Assembly (NCBI RefSeq): GCF_964355755.1
Contig: NC_092672.1
Span: forward strand, 7,378,001-7,442,000
Direction: 5' to 3'
Origin: Antedon mediterranea
Lineage: Eukaryota > Animalia > Echinodermata
DNA length: 64,000 bases
Shown: piece after piece, positions 37,070 through 49,255 of the stretch
Layout of the letters: the number at the start of each line of letters is the position of its first letter
How positions within the stretch are numbered: position 1 is the first letter of the stretch
The notes under the pieces: generated by a model
What the model was told of the DNA's origin: nothing
Databases searched by the model: none
The model's input: only the letters and a program-made list of their open reading frames with translations
Position numbers and translations under genes: made by a program

Positions 37070-37196
37070 TATCCCTGCTGTGCCTACAAACGTAAGAATG
37101 GACCGTAACCTCGTAACCTACTGTGAGAATCTTTAAGTTTGAACAGGTAGCGATGGGGTTGGCCCATTCTTATGTTTGTAGGACACAGCAGGGATA
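37070..37196. repeat. 127-bp hairpin / small MITE upstream of DDC copy 1
   Basis: tatccctgctgtg-cctacaaacgtaagaatgg pairs with ccattcttatgtttgtagg-acacagcagggata. Confidence 0.7.
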
Positions 37197-37490
37197 GATA
37201 GTTAGTATACTTACTAACTAGGCCTAGTGGAGTGGGACTAGCTACTCGTCTGGCTAAACAACAGAGAGTACATTTCTTTGAATTAAAAAATCTATTCCTT
37301 TTAAACCAACAGGAAATTTGATTATTATTTCAAATAAACCAATAATTATTACTTTATTATAACTAAAAAAAAAATATATATAAATATCAGAAATTATAAT
37401 GTTTTACTTAAATATGAATATGAAAGAAATAAATGTTTATTTGAATTGAATAATTATTAAATAATTCAAGGTAAAAAATATTCAGAAATG

Positions 37491-38516
37491 TACGGTGGCC
37501 TATAAGTGTCACGGCAACTTTCAAAAAATATCACGGCAACTTTCAAAAAAAGCTACAGCAATTTGAAAAAAGCCACGGCAATTTGAAAAAAGCCACGGCA
37601 AATTAAAAATAAAACATCACGGCAAATTAAAAATAAAACATCGCGGCAATTTAACAAAAATACCACGGCAACTTAAAAATGAAACACCACGGCAAATTAG
37701 TATTGAAACACCACGGCAAATTAGTAATGAAACACCACGGCAAATTACAGAATGCCACGGCGGAAGTGAGTTACCACGGCGGAAGTGAAACCTTGGAATC
37801 TTCGATTTTTTCTGAGGTAAGTAATTATTTGTGCATTGAAGTAAATATTATTATATTAATTTATTATATTTAACTGCTGCATTTACGTGTTTATTGCACT
37901 AGGCCTAGCTATGCCTACTACTAGCCCTAGGCTTAGGCCTACAGTAGTAGCTAGGTCTACTGTAAAAACAACTTGTTATATAAAAAACAGATTACTGTAA
38001 ATATATTAAAACATTGTAGAATGTTATAGGGCCTAGGCCTACCTTGTAATAAGGCCTGGTCTAGCCCGGCCTAGAAAGTTCAAGAAGAGTGCAATAATAA
38101 ACACGTAAACTGCTGCAGTTTAATAAATTAATATAATATTTACATCAATGCACAAACTATTACTTACCTCAGAAAAAATCGAAGATTCCAAAGGTTTCAC
38201 TTCCGCCGTGGTAACTCACTTCCGCCGTGGCATTCTGTAATTTGCCGTGGTGTTTCACTATTAATTTGCCGTGGTGTTTCAATACTAATTTGCCGTGGTG
38301 TTTCATTTTTAAGTTGCCGTGGTATTTTTGTTAAATTGCTGCGATGTTTTATTTTTAATTTGCCGTGATGTTTTATTTTTAATTTGCCGTGGCTTTTTTC
38401 AAATTGCCGTGGCTTTTTTCAAATTGCCGTGGCTTTTTTCAAATTGCCGTGGCTTTTTTTGAAAAAATTGCCGTGATATTTTTTGAAAGTTGCCGTGACA
38501 CTTATAGGCCACCGTA
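37491..38516. mobile_element. 1026-bp foldback non-autonomous DNA transposon, IS3EU-like
   Basis: Inverted arms of about 400 bp starting tacggtggcctataagtgtcacggcaac / gttgccgtgacacttataggccaccgta, built from ~21-bp ccacggcaa repeats; 6-bp TSD gaaatg (37485-37490, 38517-38522). TAY..RTA ends with a 6-bp TSD fit IS3EU. Confidence 0.85.
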
Positions 38517-38563
38517 GAAATGTTTTCCTCCTAATAACTAATTAATGATTTAAATAGGTAAAC

Positions 38564-41500
38564 ATGGCAGAAACAAAAGAGTTTCGAGAGCAGGGTAAAG
38601 AAATGGTTGAATACATAGCTGGTTACATAGATACGATTGAAAAAAGACCACCGTTAGCACAAGTAGAACCTGGTTATCTCAGCAAACTGATCCCAAATGC
38701 AGCGCCACAAAAACCAGACAAATGGGAAGATATTATGAAAGATGTCGAGAAAGTCATTATGCCTGGTGTAAGTATCAAAATAATTCGTTTTTCTCTATAA
38801 ACGAGTATAATATTTTATTTAAATAAATAGAAAATAAAACATGTTTTTTATTCATTGAATTAAAAACGATTTGTTGAAAGATTGAACCTTCAATTTAGCA
38901 GTGGAACAGTCAATCTTTCAACTCATTACATTCTCCCTCATATTCAACTCAACAACTCATTGTTAAGTTGAATTCAAGTGATCGTGGAACCAATTAAGAT
39001 TTCTATTCAAAAACATTGACGTTATTATTCTATGCACAGCGTCTTCAAACAATAAACCATGCCTTCTAATATCCCCTTCAATCGTTTAGATGCAATCCTT
39101 AATTACACAGTATTCATTTTACGCATAAAGTCAGATGATTAGAATTGTCAGCGTTCCTACTATTACTTTATGTAAGTAAAAGGTCAATGACGTCATCCAT
39201 TTATATTGTTTTGTCTTGTTAACATGCTAGCCTATCTGATTGCTATGCTCACGTCATGCTTTCATGATAAATGTTAATAATTAATAATAAAATAAAGTTT
39301 AAGCAGTTTTTCAACAAAGCTGTATGACAAATTAAAAATATTTTTTAAAATTGAATCTCAATAATTGAAGTTCAACATTTTGATTGTTTCAGTATATATA
39401 TTAATAATATTTAACTAAATAACATATGTTTAAATGATATGATTTGGATTCTTTTCTAAACTTGCAACAATTTAAAATCTATGTTGAGTTACAAGCCCTT
39501 TTCTATATGTCACAAAATATTAGCTTAAAGTGGAGGTGCTCCCAAAAAAATTCCAAATTTTTATTTTATTCAGTTCTAATAAACATTTACTTTCATCTAA
39601 ATTAAGGTATTTTTTTAATTTGTTGTATGCTGCATGGTTATTCTGAAAAACATCAAAAAATGCCATCTGGGGGGATAGTTCAAATTACAAACCTTTTTCA
39701 CTATTCATTTGCCTGTAAATTGAAAAAAAAAACGATGCGTTTTCAAAAAATCCTTAAAAATATATGTAAGTTCCAGAAATATTTTATACATATATGTTTT
39801 CAGATTCTTCGGAAGCCGAATTTTTCATTCCCGATGTGTTTTTAAGGGCTTGACCAATTCATTTTTGCGTAATTAACGTAATTAAAAAAACTACCCACTT
39901 GACCCAAGTGGGTAATTTTTACTTTCTAGGGAGTCAATCAATTTTGTGCATGCGCGACCTTTCGGCTTTCTTTACTTTCTCTCGCTACTCTCGATCTTCC
40001 TCGCGCTAGACTCAATCGATCTGCTCGACTCGATAAACTAGGATATAAAATACATACATACGATTAAGATCTTTTAATTTTATTAATTTATTAAAGATAT
40101 TGTCCCCCTGAAAATTTATTTGTGGCAATTTTTTTTTCTTGAATATGCCATTTTAACATCACATATACGGTAATAGTTATTCAGTTTTACCAAAAATTGG
40201 ATTGAAAACTGTAATTTAAAGCACAAATTAGTGAAATTGGCAGCCAATGGGTTTTTGGTTGAATTTAACTGATTATTTTGATTTTGATTTAAGTGCATGA
40301 AAACATTTTTTTTTCTACTGAAGTGATTAACTTGTTTGGGGGAAATAATACATTTTTACTAATGCAATGTTTTCTCACATGCAGGTTACCCATTGGCATA
40401 GCCCTCATTTCCATGCTTATTTTCCAACTGGCAACTCATTTCCAGCCATCCTTGGAGATATGCTGAGTGATGTCATCGGCTGCATTGGTTTTACTTGGGT
40501 AAGATATATAAGATGAGTGAGTTGCACGACTCACGAAACAAGCCTGTAGAGACCAAACTGTAGTTTTTACTTCTTTTCCAGACTTAACGTATATTTTAGC
40601 TCTACTTTACCATATTGAGCACTTTTTAGACGGTTACATTGAACCGAACATTTATATATAATATATATATAATTACATTAGGCATAGAACATTCATTCTG
40701 AACTGCCCGGTGATATACTGAAATTTAATTAATTTGGAATGATAAGATGAGGAAATCTGTGAGAATGAGAAAAAGTCGCCCCAACCAAGATTCAAGACCA
40801 AGACCTCCTGCTTGATATGCAGATGTCCTAACCATTAGACCACTGGGGCTTTCATGGTATAGTTCAAACCCAATTGGATAGTGACTATATACAAACCACA
40901 TTTTCAGACTTTCAGAGATTGAAATTAATTCCTCTAGAAGCCTCTATAACATTAACATTCGACTTGAAAAACATCTTCACTCTAATTTATAATATTTATT
41001 CATAATTTAAAATAAATCATTATAATCACAATTGAGTTTGTAATACCATTGAAGAATATATTTTAAAAATATTTTGTATGCATAATATTGATATTTTAAT
41101 TATTGGTCTCTCGCGGAAAGCCACCTTCTGCGGCTGATCCGTTTGTGTCGTGGGGGTGGCTACTCCAGATATATTATCTGCAGTGTTGTATATTCCAATG
41201 ATTGGTGGTAAAAAAAGAAATATGAAAACACATGCGGTAGCTTATATTGTTGTAAAATATTACTGTAAGCCATATAATGCCAATAAACGTGCACCAGCAG
41301 AAACAGTAGCGTTCAGATAATGACAAATTATAATATAGATTATAATTAGTACAAACTATTTTTATTTTTATTTATATTTTTTTATATTTTTTTAAAAAAA
41401 CCAGAAACAACAGCAGAAACAAATCCGCCACTTATTTATTTATTTATTTTATTTATTTGTTCTTTCTTTAAACTGAAATACACTTTCAATACAAATTTAC

Positions 41501-44500
41501 TGATTTCCAAAGTGGTTCAGTAAACATATTTACAACAAAAATAAAATATAAAAGAAAAACAAAAAGAAAGAAAACAGATATAAAACTATTTACAATTGTG
41601 AAGGCAAAAAGGTTAATACATATATGATTTCTATAGTGAAGATTTAAAAGTTGCCAAAGACATATTATGGAGTTCTGATTTTATGTTATTTGGTAGAGAA
41701 TTCCATAATTTAGTTGATCTATAAACAAAAGTTCTTTTACCCTGAGAGTTATTCCATAACGGAATAGATAAATCATTATTACTTTGGGAGCGAGTGCATT
41801 TATTATGGTTATCTACAGTAAATTGAAATAATATTGTTAAGTATCTTGGAGCTATTTCTTTTAAACATTTAAATAGCATTATAAGAATATTTTCATTCCA
41901 TTTTTCTGTAAGTCTACTCCATCCAAGAGTATTTAAGATATCATTAATAGGGGTATACATGTCTACTGATAACAATATTCTACCTAATCGGTTGATTAAA
42001 ACCTGAAGAGAATCTGAAAAACTTACAGCTTGGTTTAACATATACAAAACAATTACAACAACTTTTCTTTAATTTCCTTTATAATAACTATTATTCTTTT
42101 TAAATACTTCCTAGCTATAAATCATGAGGCATTTAGTATAGATGGCATGCTTTTTTCTGCTATTTTCTCTATGGCAGGAATTAAATTTATTGAATTTTTT
42201 AAAAAGGTAACTAATTGAATCTTTAATGAATTATTACTACGATGCTGAACTTGAAATTGGCAACTGTAACTGATAGTTGACAATGTGTTGATAAAACATG
42301 ATTATAAATTATTGTATAAGATTTCCATTTTTGTACAGCGCTTTGGTCTCTGGGAAAAGCACTCGTTTATAAAATTGTGTATATTTTCCATTTATGGCAG
42401 ATTGCCAGCCCTGCTTGCACAGAGCTTGAAACGATTGTGATGGATTGGTTAGGTAAAGCAGTAGGTCTACCTGAGGAATTCCTGGCAGAGGGTAATGGAA
42501 AAGGTGGAGGAGTAATACAGGTAATTGGCCCTTTATAGCAAAGTTAATAAAGGTAAATATTTTTATTAATGGTGACATTAATCTAAAATAAGTTGTCGTT
42601 CATTTTGCAGGGTACAGCAAGCGAAGCAACATTAGTGGCATTTTTAGCTGCCAAAATGAAAAGAATACGTAAGGAACTTGAATCACAGCCTGATAAAGAC
42701 CAGTATGATATTTTGCCAAAGTTGGTGGCATATACTTCAGATCAGGTACAGTCTCTTCAAAACCACACATATTGTATTGCTAAGAAATTTAACAATTGTG
42801 ATTTTCATTGGTTTTTTTTTTGGATAATAGTGATTAGATTCAGTTTGAGTTCACAGTTGTTAAAAATTGCCATTGCGTATAGCGTTTGTTTTTTTGTATT
42901 CTAACATCTGTGGCCGGTCATTGAGGCGTGAGGAAGGTTCAATTGTAAACCTGTTTAGGTCAGTTCGTGTGAAAAGGCAGAATATTCTTTAATATTATAA
43001 GTACAATAGACATTCCACCAGTCAAGGTTTCTTACTCTTTTCTTAAAAGTACAAATTTTATTGGACTGATTGTTCTCCTAATCCTACTTTTAATGCTTTT
43101 GTTAGACATTTCAGAAATTTACCATTTGTGTTTTATCAACCATATTTGTTATTTAAAAATGGAAAAAAAAATCACATTATTGTTTCCACAGACATTTTCA
43201 AACTATTAAATTAATGATTTCACAGACATTTCCTAATTAATGATGTAATGTAGCATGCTAAGTGTGGTGCAAAGGTATCATAGTACAGTAATTTAATAAA
43301 GTAAATTAATTTAGTGCATTAATTATTGTGAAACTCGTAATTCTCATTTCTTCAATGTACTGTACAGTGTATTCTTCAATGTATATATACAGTATCTTCT
43401 TGTAGCATGCTAACTGTGGTGCTATGAAGGTTTCATAGTACTGTAGTTTATTGTTATGTAGCGTGGTAGTGCATTATTGTTTACAGTGTACAGTATTTCA
43501 TAGGTTTCATTATATTTCAGGCACATTCATCAGTCATGCGAGCATCTTTGATTGCCTCAATCCGAATGAGAAGTTTACCGTCAGATGAAGAAAATGCACT
43601 ACGAGGGAATGTTTTACAGAAAGCCATAGAAGAGGATAAAGCAAAAGGGTTAATACCATTTTTTGTAAGTGTATATCTTCAGTTGTAATTGAAGTAGTTT
43701 GTAAGTTAAATAATTATGTTTTTTTTAGTGTGTTTATCTATTTAAAGATGTATTGTCTCCCTGAAAAATAATTCTTACAATTTGTGTTGTTGAATATGCC
43801 ATTTTAATGTCACATAATAGTTATTCACTTTGACCAAGAATTGGATCTAAACACAATTTATTTACCTGAAAAAACTGTCATTTTATAAGTGAAAACATTA
43901 TTTTATTTCATTTTTTTTTCTATGGAAGTGATTAACTTTATTAAAAATACAAATGACCTATTTAAAGATTTAATTAATCTTCATTGTTCATGTTTTTGGG
44001 GGACAATACATCTTTAATATCATTTTAGACTCTCACTCTCAAGGCTCCTTAATGTGGGTGTTTCCCTTAATTGAGGTGTTCCCCTGAATTGGGGTGTGCA
44101 CCCTAAGTTGTGGTTGACTGTAGTGTCAAAACATATTTCCCATTCAATTCATGTCTTGAAAGTGTCTTCTTAATAATTAAAAGTGTCCTATCAGGAGTCT
44201 TCCCAAATAAGGACTTCTACTGTATTAGAAAGTCGATTAGAATTGAAACAGTACAAGTACATATATACTGTAGTAGTTGTGTATTTACTTTCAATTTAAT
44301 TTATTCATAAGCTATATTACTGTATTTGTGAGTTACATAAGAAATAAATAAGTACACTCTTAAATTTTGCTTGTTTAGGTTTGTGCTACTCTAGGAACCA
44401 CAGCGTTCTGTGCCTTTGATAACTTAACAGAACTCGGACAAATATGTGAGTAATGAATTAATTGTCGGTTGGTACTGCAACTTTTTGTTGGATGTTTTCG

Positions 44501-47500
44501 TGAGAATATTAAATGTTTAATATTGTATAACTGCATATATAACATGATGAGCCATGGCGACTAATCACGTCCAGTTGTGTTGGTTAAGATTTAATAATAA
44601 GATAAAGACCAGTCATATTTCCTTAAAATTATATTGAAAAATATTGTGTCATTTTTATTTATTTAAAAAAAAATGTATACGCATCCAGCAGCAAGCAACT
44701 CTCCAATTACAGGATCGATAAACTATTTTATAATTTATTGCCTTTAAAGTTATAAACTTATTTCTTATAATTACAAAGCAAACAACCCTAAATTATTTAT
44801 ATAGGTTTAATTTATGGAGTACAATTTGTTTATAATAAATGTATATATATATATATATCTTTATATAGGTTTAATTTATAGAGTACAATTTGTTTATAAT
44901 AAATGTATATATATATATATATATATCTTTATATAGGTTTAATTTATAGAGTACAATTTGTTTATAATAAATGTATATATATATATATATATCTTTTCCC
45001 GTCTTAAGTTTGACAGGTGTCAAAGTACTGTAAACTGTCTTAATACTATTATTCTCAGAATTGTTTTCCCTGAAAAGAAATTAGGAACAATTGATCCATG
45101 CGATCCATTCTTTTAATTATGGTTGTGTTTGTTGATAGGTGAGAAAGAGAACATATGGATGCATGTAGATGCTGCATACGCAGGCACAGCTTTTCTATGT
45201 CCGGAATTTAGATATCTACTGAAAGGTGTCAAAGTAAGTCAACTTTATGGCAAGTATGTTTCTGTAGACTATATGTGAACTTGTAACCATGTGAAATGAC
45301 TGCATTTTACCAAATATTTATTTACTTTAATTATTAAAGTTTCTGCAAAATACAGATAAAAAGTCAATACTGTACAAGAAAAACAGCTGTTAATTTATTA
45401 TTATTATTATTAATATCAAGTATATAAAACCTCTTGTCAGACAGACAATTAACCAATCTTGAATAATACCTGTAAATTTATTTAAAAAAACAGTTATCTT
45501 CATAGCAATCAAATCATCAATGGTTAATAATTAATGAAATTTAGAATGATAATTGCTAATTAAATGATTGAATGATCAAGACAAAAACCAAAATGTCTTG
45601 TTTACTCCAGCAGTTTGTCGTCTGCACATTAATATGTGTGGTCCAGTTTATAAAGTCATGTAATAAAAAATAGCAACGACAGAAATTACTGTACATTTTT
45701 TTTATCGTTTTTAAATCAAGATGTTTCTAAAATAGATATATAGATTTTGTTAAATTTTTAGCTCAGCATTCTTTATATCTATTATTCCCTGTCTACACTA
45801 TCAAACTTTATGTGACAAAAAATGATTTGCCCATATATTAATGTTTTATCACCACCATATTTGGGCATATCACACTTTTTTGTAGACAGAGCTTTAATAA
45901 AATAAATAATAAAGTTCATGTATTACTGTATTAAAAATGTTTCCAGTTTCAAGAGAGTTATAATAGAGAGATTCCAATTTGCGATGATTTAAGATCTGTG
46001 TATCATTGCATGAACCAAAAAACTACAAAAACTGTGTCAAGGAAGAGAATGCAAATCCCATCTTCTCTGCATATTGAAAATCAAAGACACAAACTATGGG
46101 CCCAAATTTGGGCATCGGGTTGAAAGGCCGCTGGGTGATCATCAGCCCTCCAAGTAAATTACAATGCAATTACCACAGGTCGATATTCTTAAAAATTGTC
46201 TTACCTCAGCCCCAACCACAGTGGAGCTGAGGTGGCAGACTATGTTAGTCCAGCTTGGTAGTCCCGGGAAACAGACGTTGGGCCGCAAAATAAAAATACA
46301 TTACAGATATATTCTAATCTCAATCTGATATGATGATTCTCTGATTATTCAATTTACACTATGTGATTATAAAACACATACATATACATTCTATTGTATG
46401 GTATGAGACCTGGTATATACAACCATTTTATTTTGTTTTCATGCAAAGTGTCATTTTATTAGAACAGCACAGTCACCACTTTATTACAACAGCACAGTCA
46501 TGCTACCCCTTAAGTGTGTAATTAAGTATGGCATGCTTGTTAAAAATTAATTGAATGCTTCCTTTCCCTGCCAAGAACCATGTGTTGACAGCTTGTTCAC
46601 TGCAGGCCTAAGCCTATTGTTTCTAGATATCTTTGATTGGTCATGGAAAACGATGGTGGTAACAACTATAAATGCCTCTAATATAATAATTAATATTAAT
46701 TAATCATTTCTTCAACACAGGAGGTGTTGAAACATATGTTTAAGTATCACTGTGTTAATAACTTATGCCATGTCAGTCATTGTAACATTAACAATTAAAA
46801 GTATACTTATATATTTTAACAAGGTCTGTTACATAATATAACAAAAGAACTCTATTTGAATTAGTCAGAATCAATATGCCATAAAGTCAGCGGTGTCAAT
46901 CAATGTATCAATTAAATTGTCAATGTGTTAAATTAAAATGAATTACGTGCTTAACTACCTTTTATAATTCAACATGCTATTACAATTGTGTGTTGTGTTT
47001 GAAAGAAGTATGTGTTTTATAACTTTGAAGTGACTACATGTAGAGATAATTTAATTACCAAAAATACTACTTGGACACATCCAAAAATAGAAAAAAAGTA
47101 GGCCTATATCCTATAACTGTGTAGACAGGCACCACAGACCTGTTAGCAAACTTTGCGTTTGCAAGCAATAGTTTGGTGTAGACTAGGCTTGAGTATCTTT
47201 CAAGATAGCACAAAATGTGCAGGCCTAACATAATGGAGTCTTTTTCAATTTTAAAGCAACTGGAACGTGTGACACAGGGCTAAAAGATGTTGCTGGTTCG
47301 AATATCAACCTATAGTGTCACTAAATTATTTGTACCATTGCACTCGTAAACATTCATTATTTTTATACTATATAACATGCATTATTTGTATTATAGTATG
47401 CCACTTCCTTCAACTTTAACCCTCACAAGTGGATGAGAATAAACTTTGATTGTTCTGCAATGTGGGTAAAAGACGAGGATGATCTGGTGCACGCATTCCA

Positions 47501-48961
47501 TGTAGATCCTTCCTACCTCAAACATAAACATCAGGGAGCTGTCAAAGATTTTAGGGTAAGTGAAACTATTTCTGGCCTCCTCTTTCTGGAGTGCTGCAAT
47601 GTCTGCAATGGCAGATGTGTAAGAGCAGATAATAAATAAATTGTAATCATATTTTTTGTTCCCTCATTGATCAGTTATGGAGGGTAGCATTTTAAATTGA
47701 ACTATAAAATATGTAAGCAATAGAATCATTGTAACAATTATTTTCAACAGCATTGGCAGATTCCTTTAGGAAGGCGTTTCCGATCTTTAAAACTTTGGTT
47801 TGTTCTGCGTATGATGGGAATTGAGAAATTACAGGAGCATGTCAGAAAGGCAAGTGAAAATAGAACTATTTTTCTGTTATGACAGCTAGTTGTCTGTTTA
47901 TGATTTGTAAAATGATTGTATTCGTGGTGCAAAATTTTCGTTAAACACTTGAGACCTACAGCTGTTACTAGAAAACGAAACACTAAATAGAAATGCTTTT
48001 TGCAGCAGAAATACACCCTACAAACAAATGGTTTGCCCATAGTTTATTATATTTTATATTGTAGTATTATTCTATTCATTTTATCTATTATTATATAGCA
48101 AGTGCAGTTAGCACATGACTTTGAGAAACTGGTTTTATCTGATTCACGTTTTGAGATTGTGGGCTCAGTAATTCTGGGCTTGGTTTGCTTTAGGTTAAAG
48201 GTAGGTAAAAATTGTCCATTCTTATTAACACATAAATTAATAAATACAATTTAATACTCTAATTTGAAAATATGACAGAAGATTTGAGGAGTTTGCACCC
48301 TTTGGAATGTGGTGGGGAAAATAACGGGAGTCTTGAGGGGTGCTGGATTGTCTTTTTCCTTTCCTTTTTTTTTTGCATATCTAAAACAAAATTGGAAAGT
48401 ATATATATGCCACTGAAGGATTTAACATTTTTTTAATAAATTCAATGACTGTAGCCTTTATCTATACCCAGGCATAACTTATGTACACAATATTATATAC
48501 TCCTATACAACACCACCCCCCCCCCCCCCCCCCCAAATTTAAATTTAATATTGGTACTCAATAAATGATGGTAAGTTTTCAAAAATGATATGGATCAGTT
48601 ATGGCCTATGGAAACCATTGATTATCACTAAATCAATGTGACTACACAGAGATGTTTCTCAAATACAAAATGCTGTATTTTCAAACCTAATAAACAAAAT
48701 AAAAAATGCTTTCCGAGAGGTAAAAGCAATTAAGTATTTCAATTTTCTATGCAGGAATCGAATGAAATTAACGAAAAGTTACTTAAAGAAATCAACAACA
48801 GTGGAAAGATACACTTGGTACATTCGACAGAGAAAGAGACATATTTCTTAAGGTTTGCAGTCTGCGCCTCATCAACAGAACAAAAACATGTCCAGTATGC
48901 TTGGAAAATTATCCAAGAACTTACAAACTCTATACTTAATGGCATTCCTCTCTCCAATTAA
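38564..48961 (+). CDS. DDC: Aromatic-L-amino-acid (DOPA) decarboxylase, copy 1, canonical, 481 aa
   Basis: Exons: 38564-38767, 40385-40498, 42401-42520, 42611-42745, 43521-43664, 44379-44445, 45139-45233, 47397-47555, 47751-47849 (GC donor), 48099-48200, 48755-48961 (1446 nt). Motifs [49 protein letters not shown] (PLP lysine), [21 protein letters not shown]. Confidence 0.95.
40091..40357. mobile_element. MITE family B (Kolobok-like)
   Basis: TTAA|agatattgtccccctgaaa ... ttgggggaaataatacat; body shared with 43746-44013. Confidence 0.7.
40677..40890 (-). mobile_element. tRNA-like-containing repeat, copy 1
   Basis: Minus strand cagtggtctaatggttaggaca...ttgaatc (A-box and degenerate B-box); homologous to 58157-58569. 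Confidence 0.6.
41430..42047 (-). mobile_element. 5'-truncated LINE (CR1/L2-like) 3' end
   Basis: ORF with LGWSRL, APRYL and [15 protein letters not shown], typical of the LINE ORF2 C-terminus, followed by a (taaa)n tail near 41430-41460. Confidence 0.8.
43746..44013. mobile_element. MITE family B (Kolobok-like), complete
   Basis: TTAA|agatgtattgtc ... gacaatacatct|TTAA; RR..YY termini with TTAA TSD. Confidence 0.85.
44797..44993. repeat. Three near-identical ~64-68 bp tandem units, each ending in a variable (TA)n
   Basis: ttatataggtttaatttatagagtacaatttgtttataataaatg(ta)n repeated three times. Confidence 0.9.
45789..45896. mobile_element. MITE family A, deleted copy
   Basis: ctgtctacactatcaaactttatgtgac ... 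tgtagacagagcttta. Confidence 0.8.
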
Positions 48962-49121
48962 AGACCACCTCTGTGTACTTGCGCTTTAGTTAAAGGAGGA
49001 ATTCAAAGGAGAATCGGATTTTCGTCCTTTGCAAAAGTTGTTGATCAGATAGATGCTACAGTATGTAGTGTGTATTGACAAATTGACATTTATAAAAAAA
49101 ACATATTCAACGTTCACACTT

Positions 49122-49255
49122 AAGCTCTGTCTACACTATCAAATTTTATGTAACAAAAATGTGCCTATATATGGACATGGCGATGTCATATAACTACCAT
49201 ATTTGGGCACATCATACTTATTTCGTCGAACTAGTTTGATAGTGTAGACAGAGCT
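49122..49255. mobile_element. MITE family A just downstream of the DDC copy 1 stop codon
   Basis: aagctctgtctacactatcaaa ... agtttgatagtgtagacagagct. Confidence 0.85.

Noticed and set aside
37679-37873. ORF with KHHGKL repeats
   Set aside because: Translation of the foldback transposon's subterminal repeats.
41101-41170. GC-rich stem-loop (agccacc/ggtggct) as a possible HDV-like or twister ribozyme
   Set aside because: Could not fit the required pseudoknot or core motifs on either strand by eye; likely a repeat fragment.
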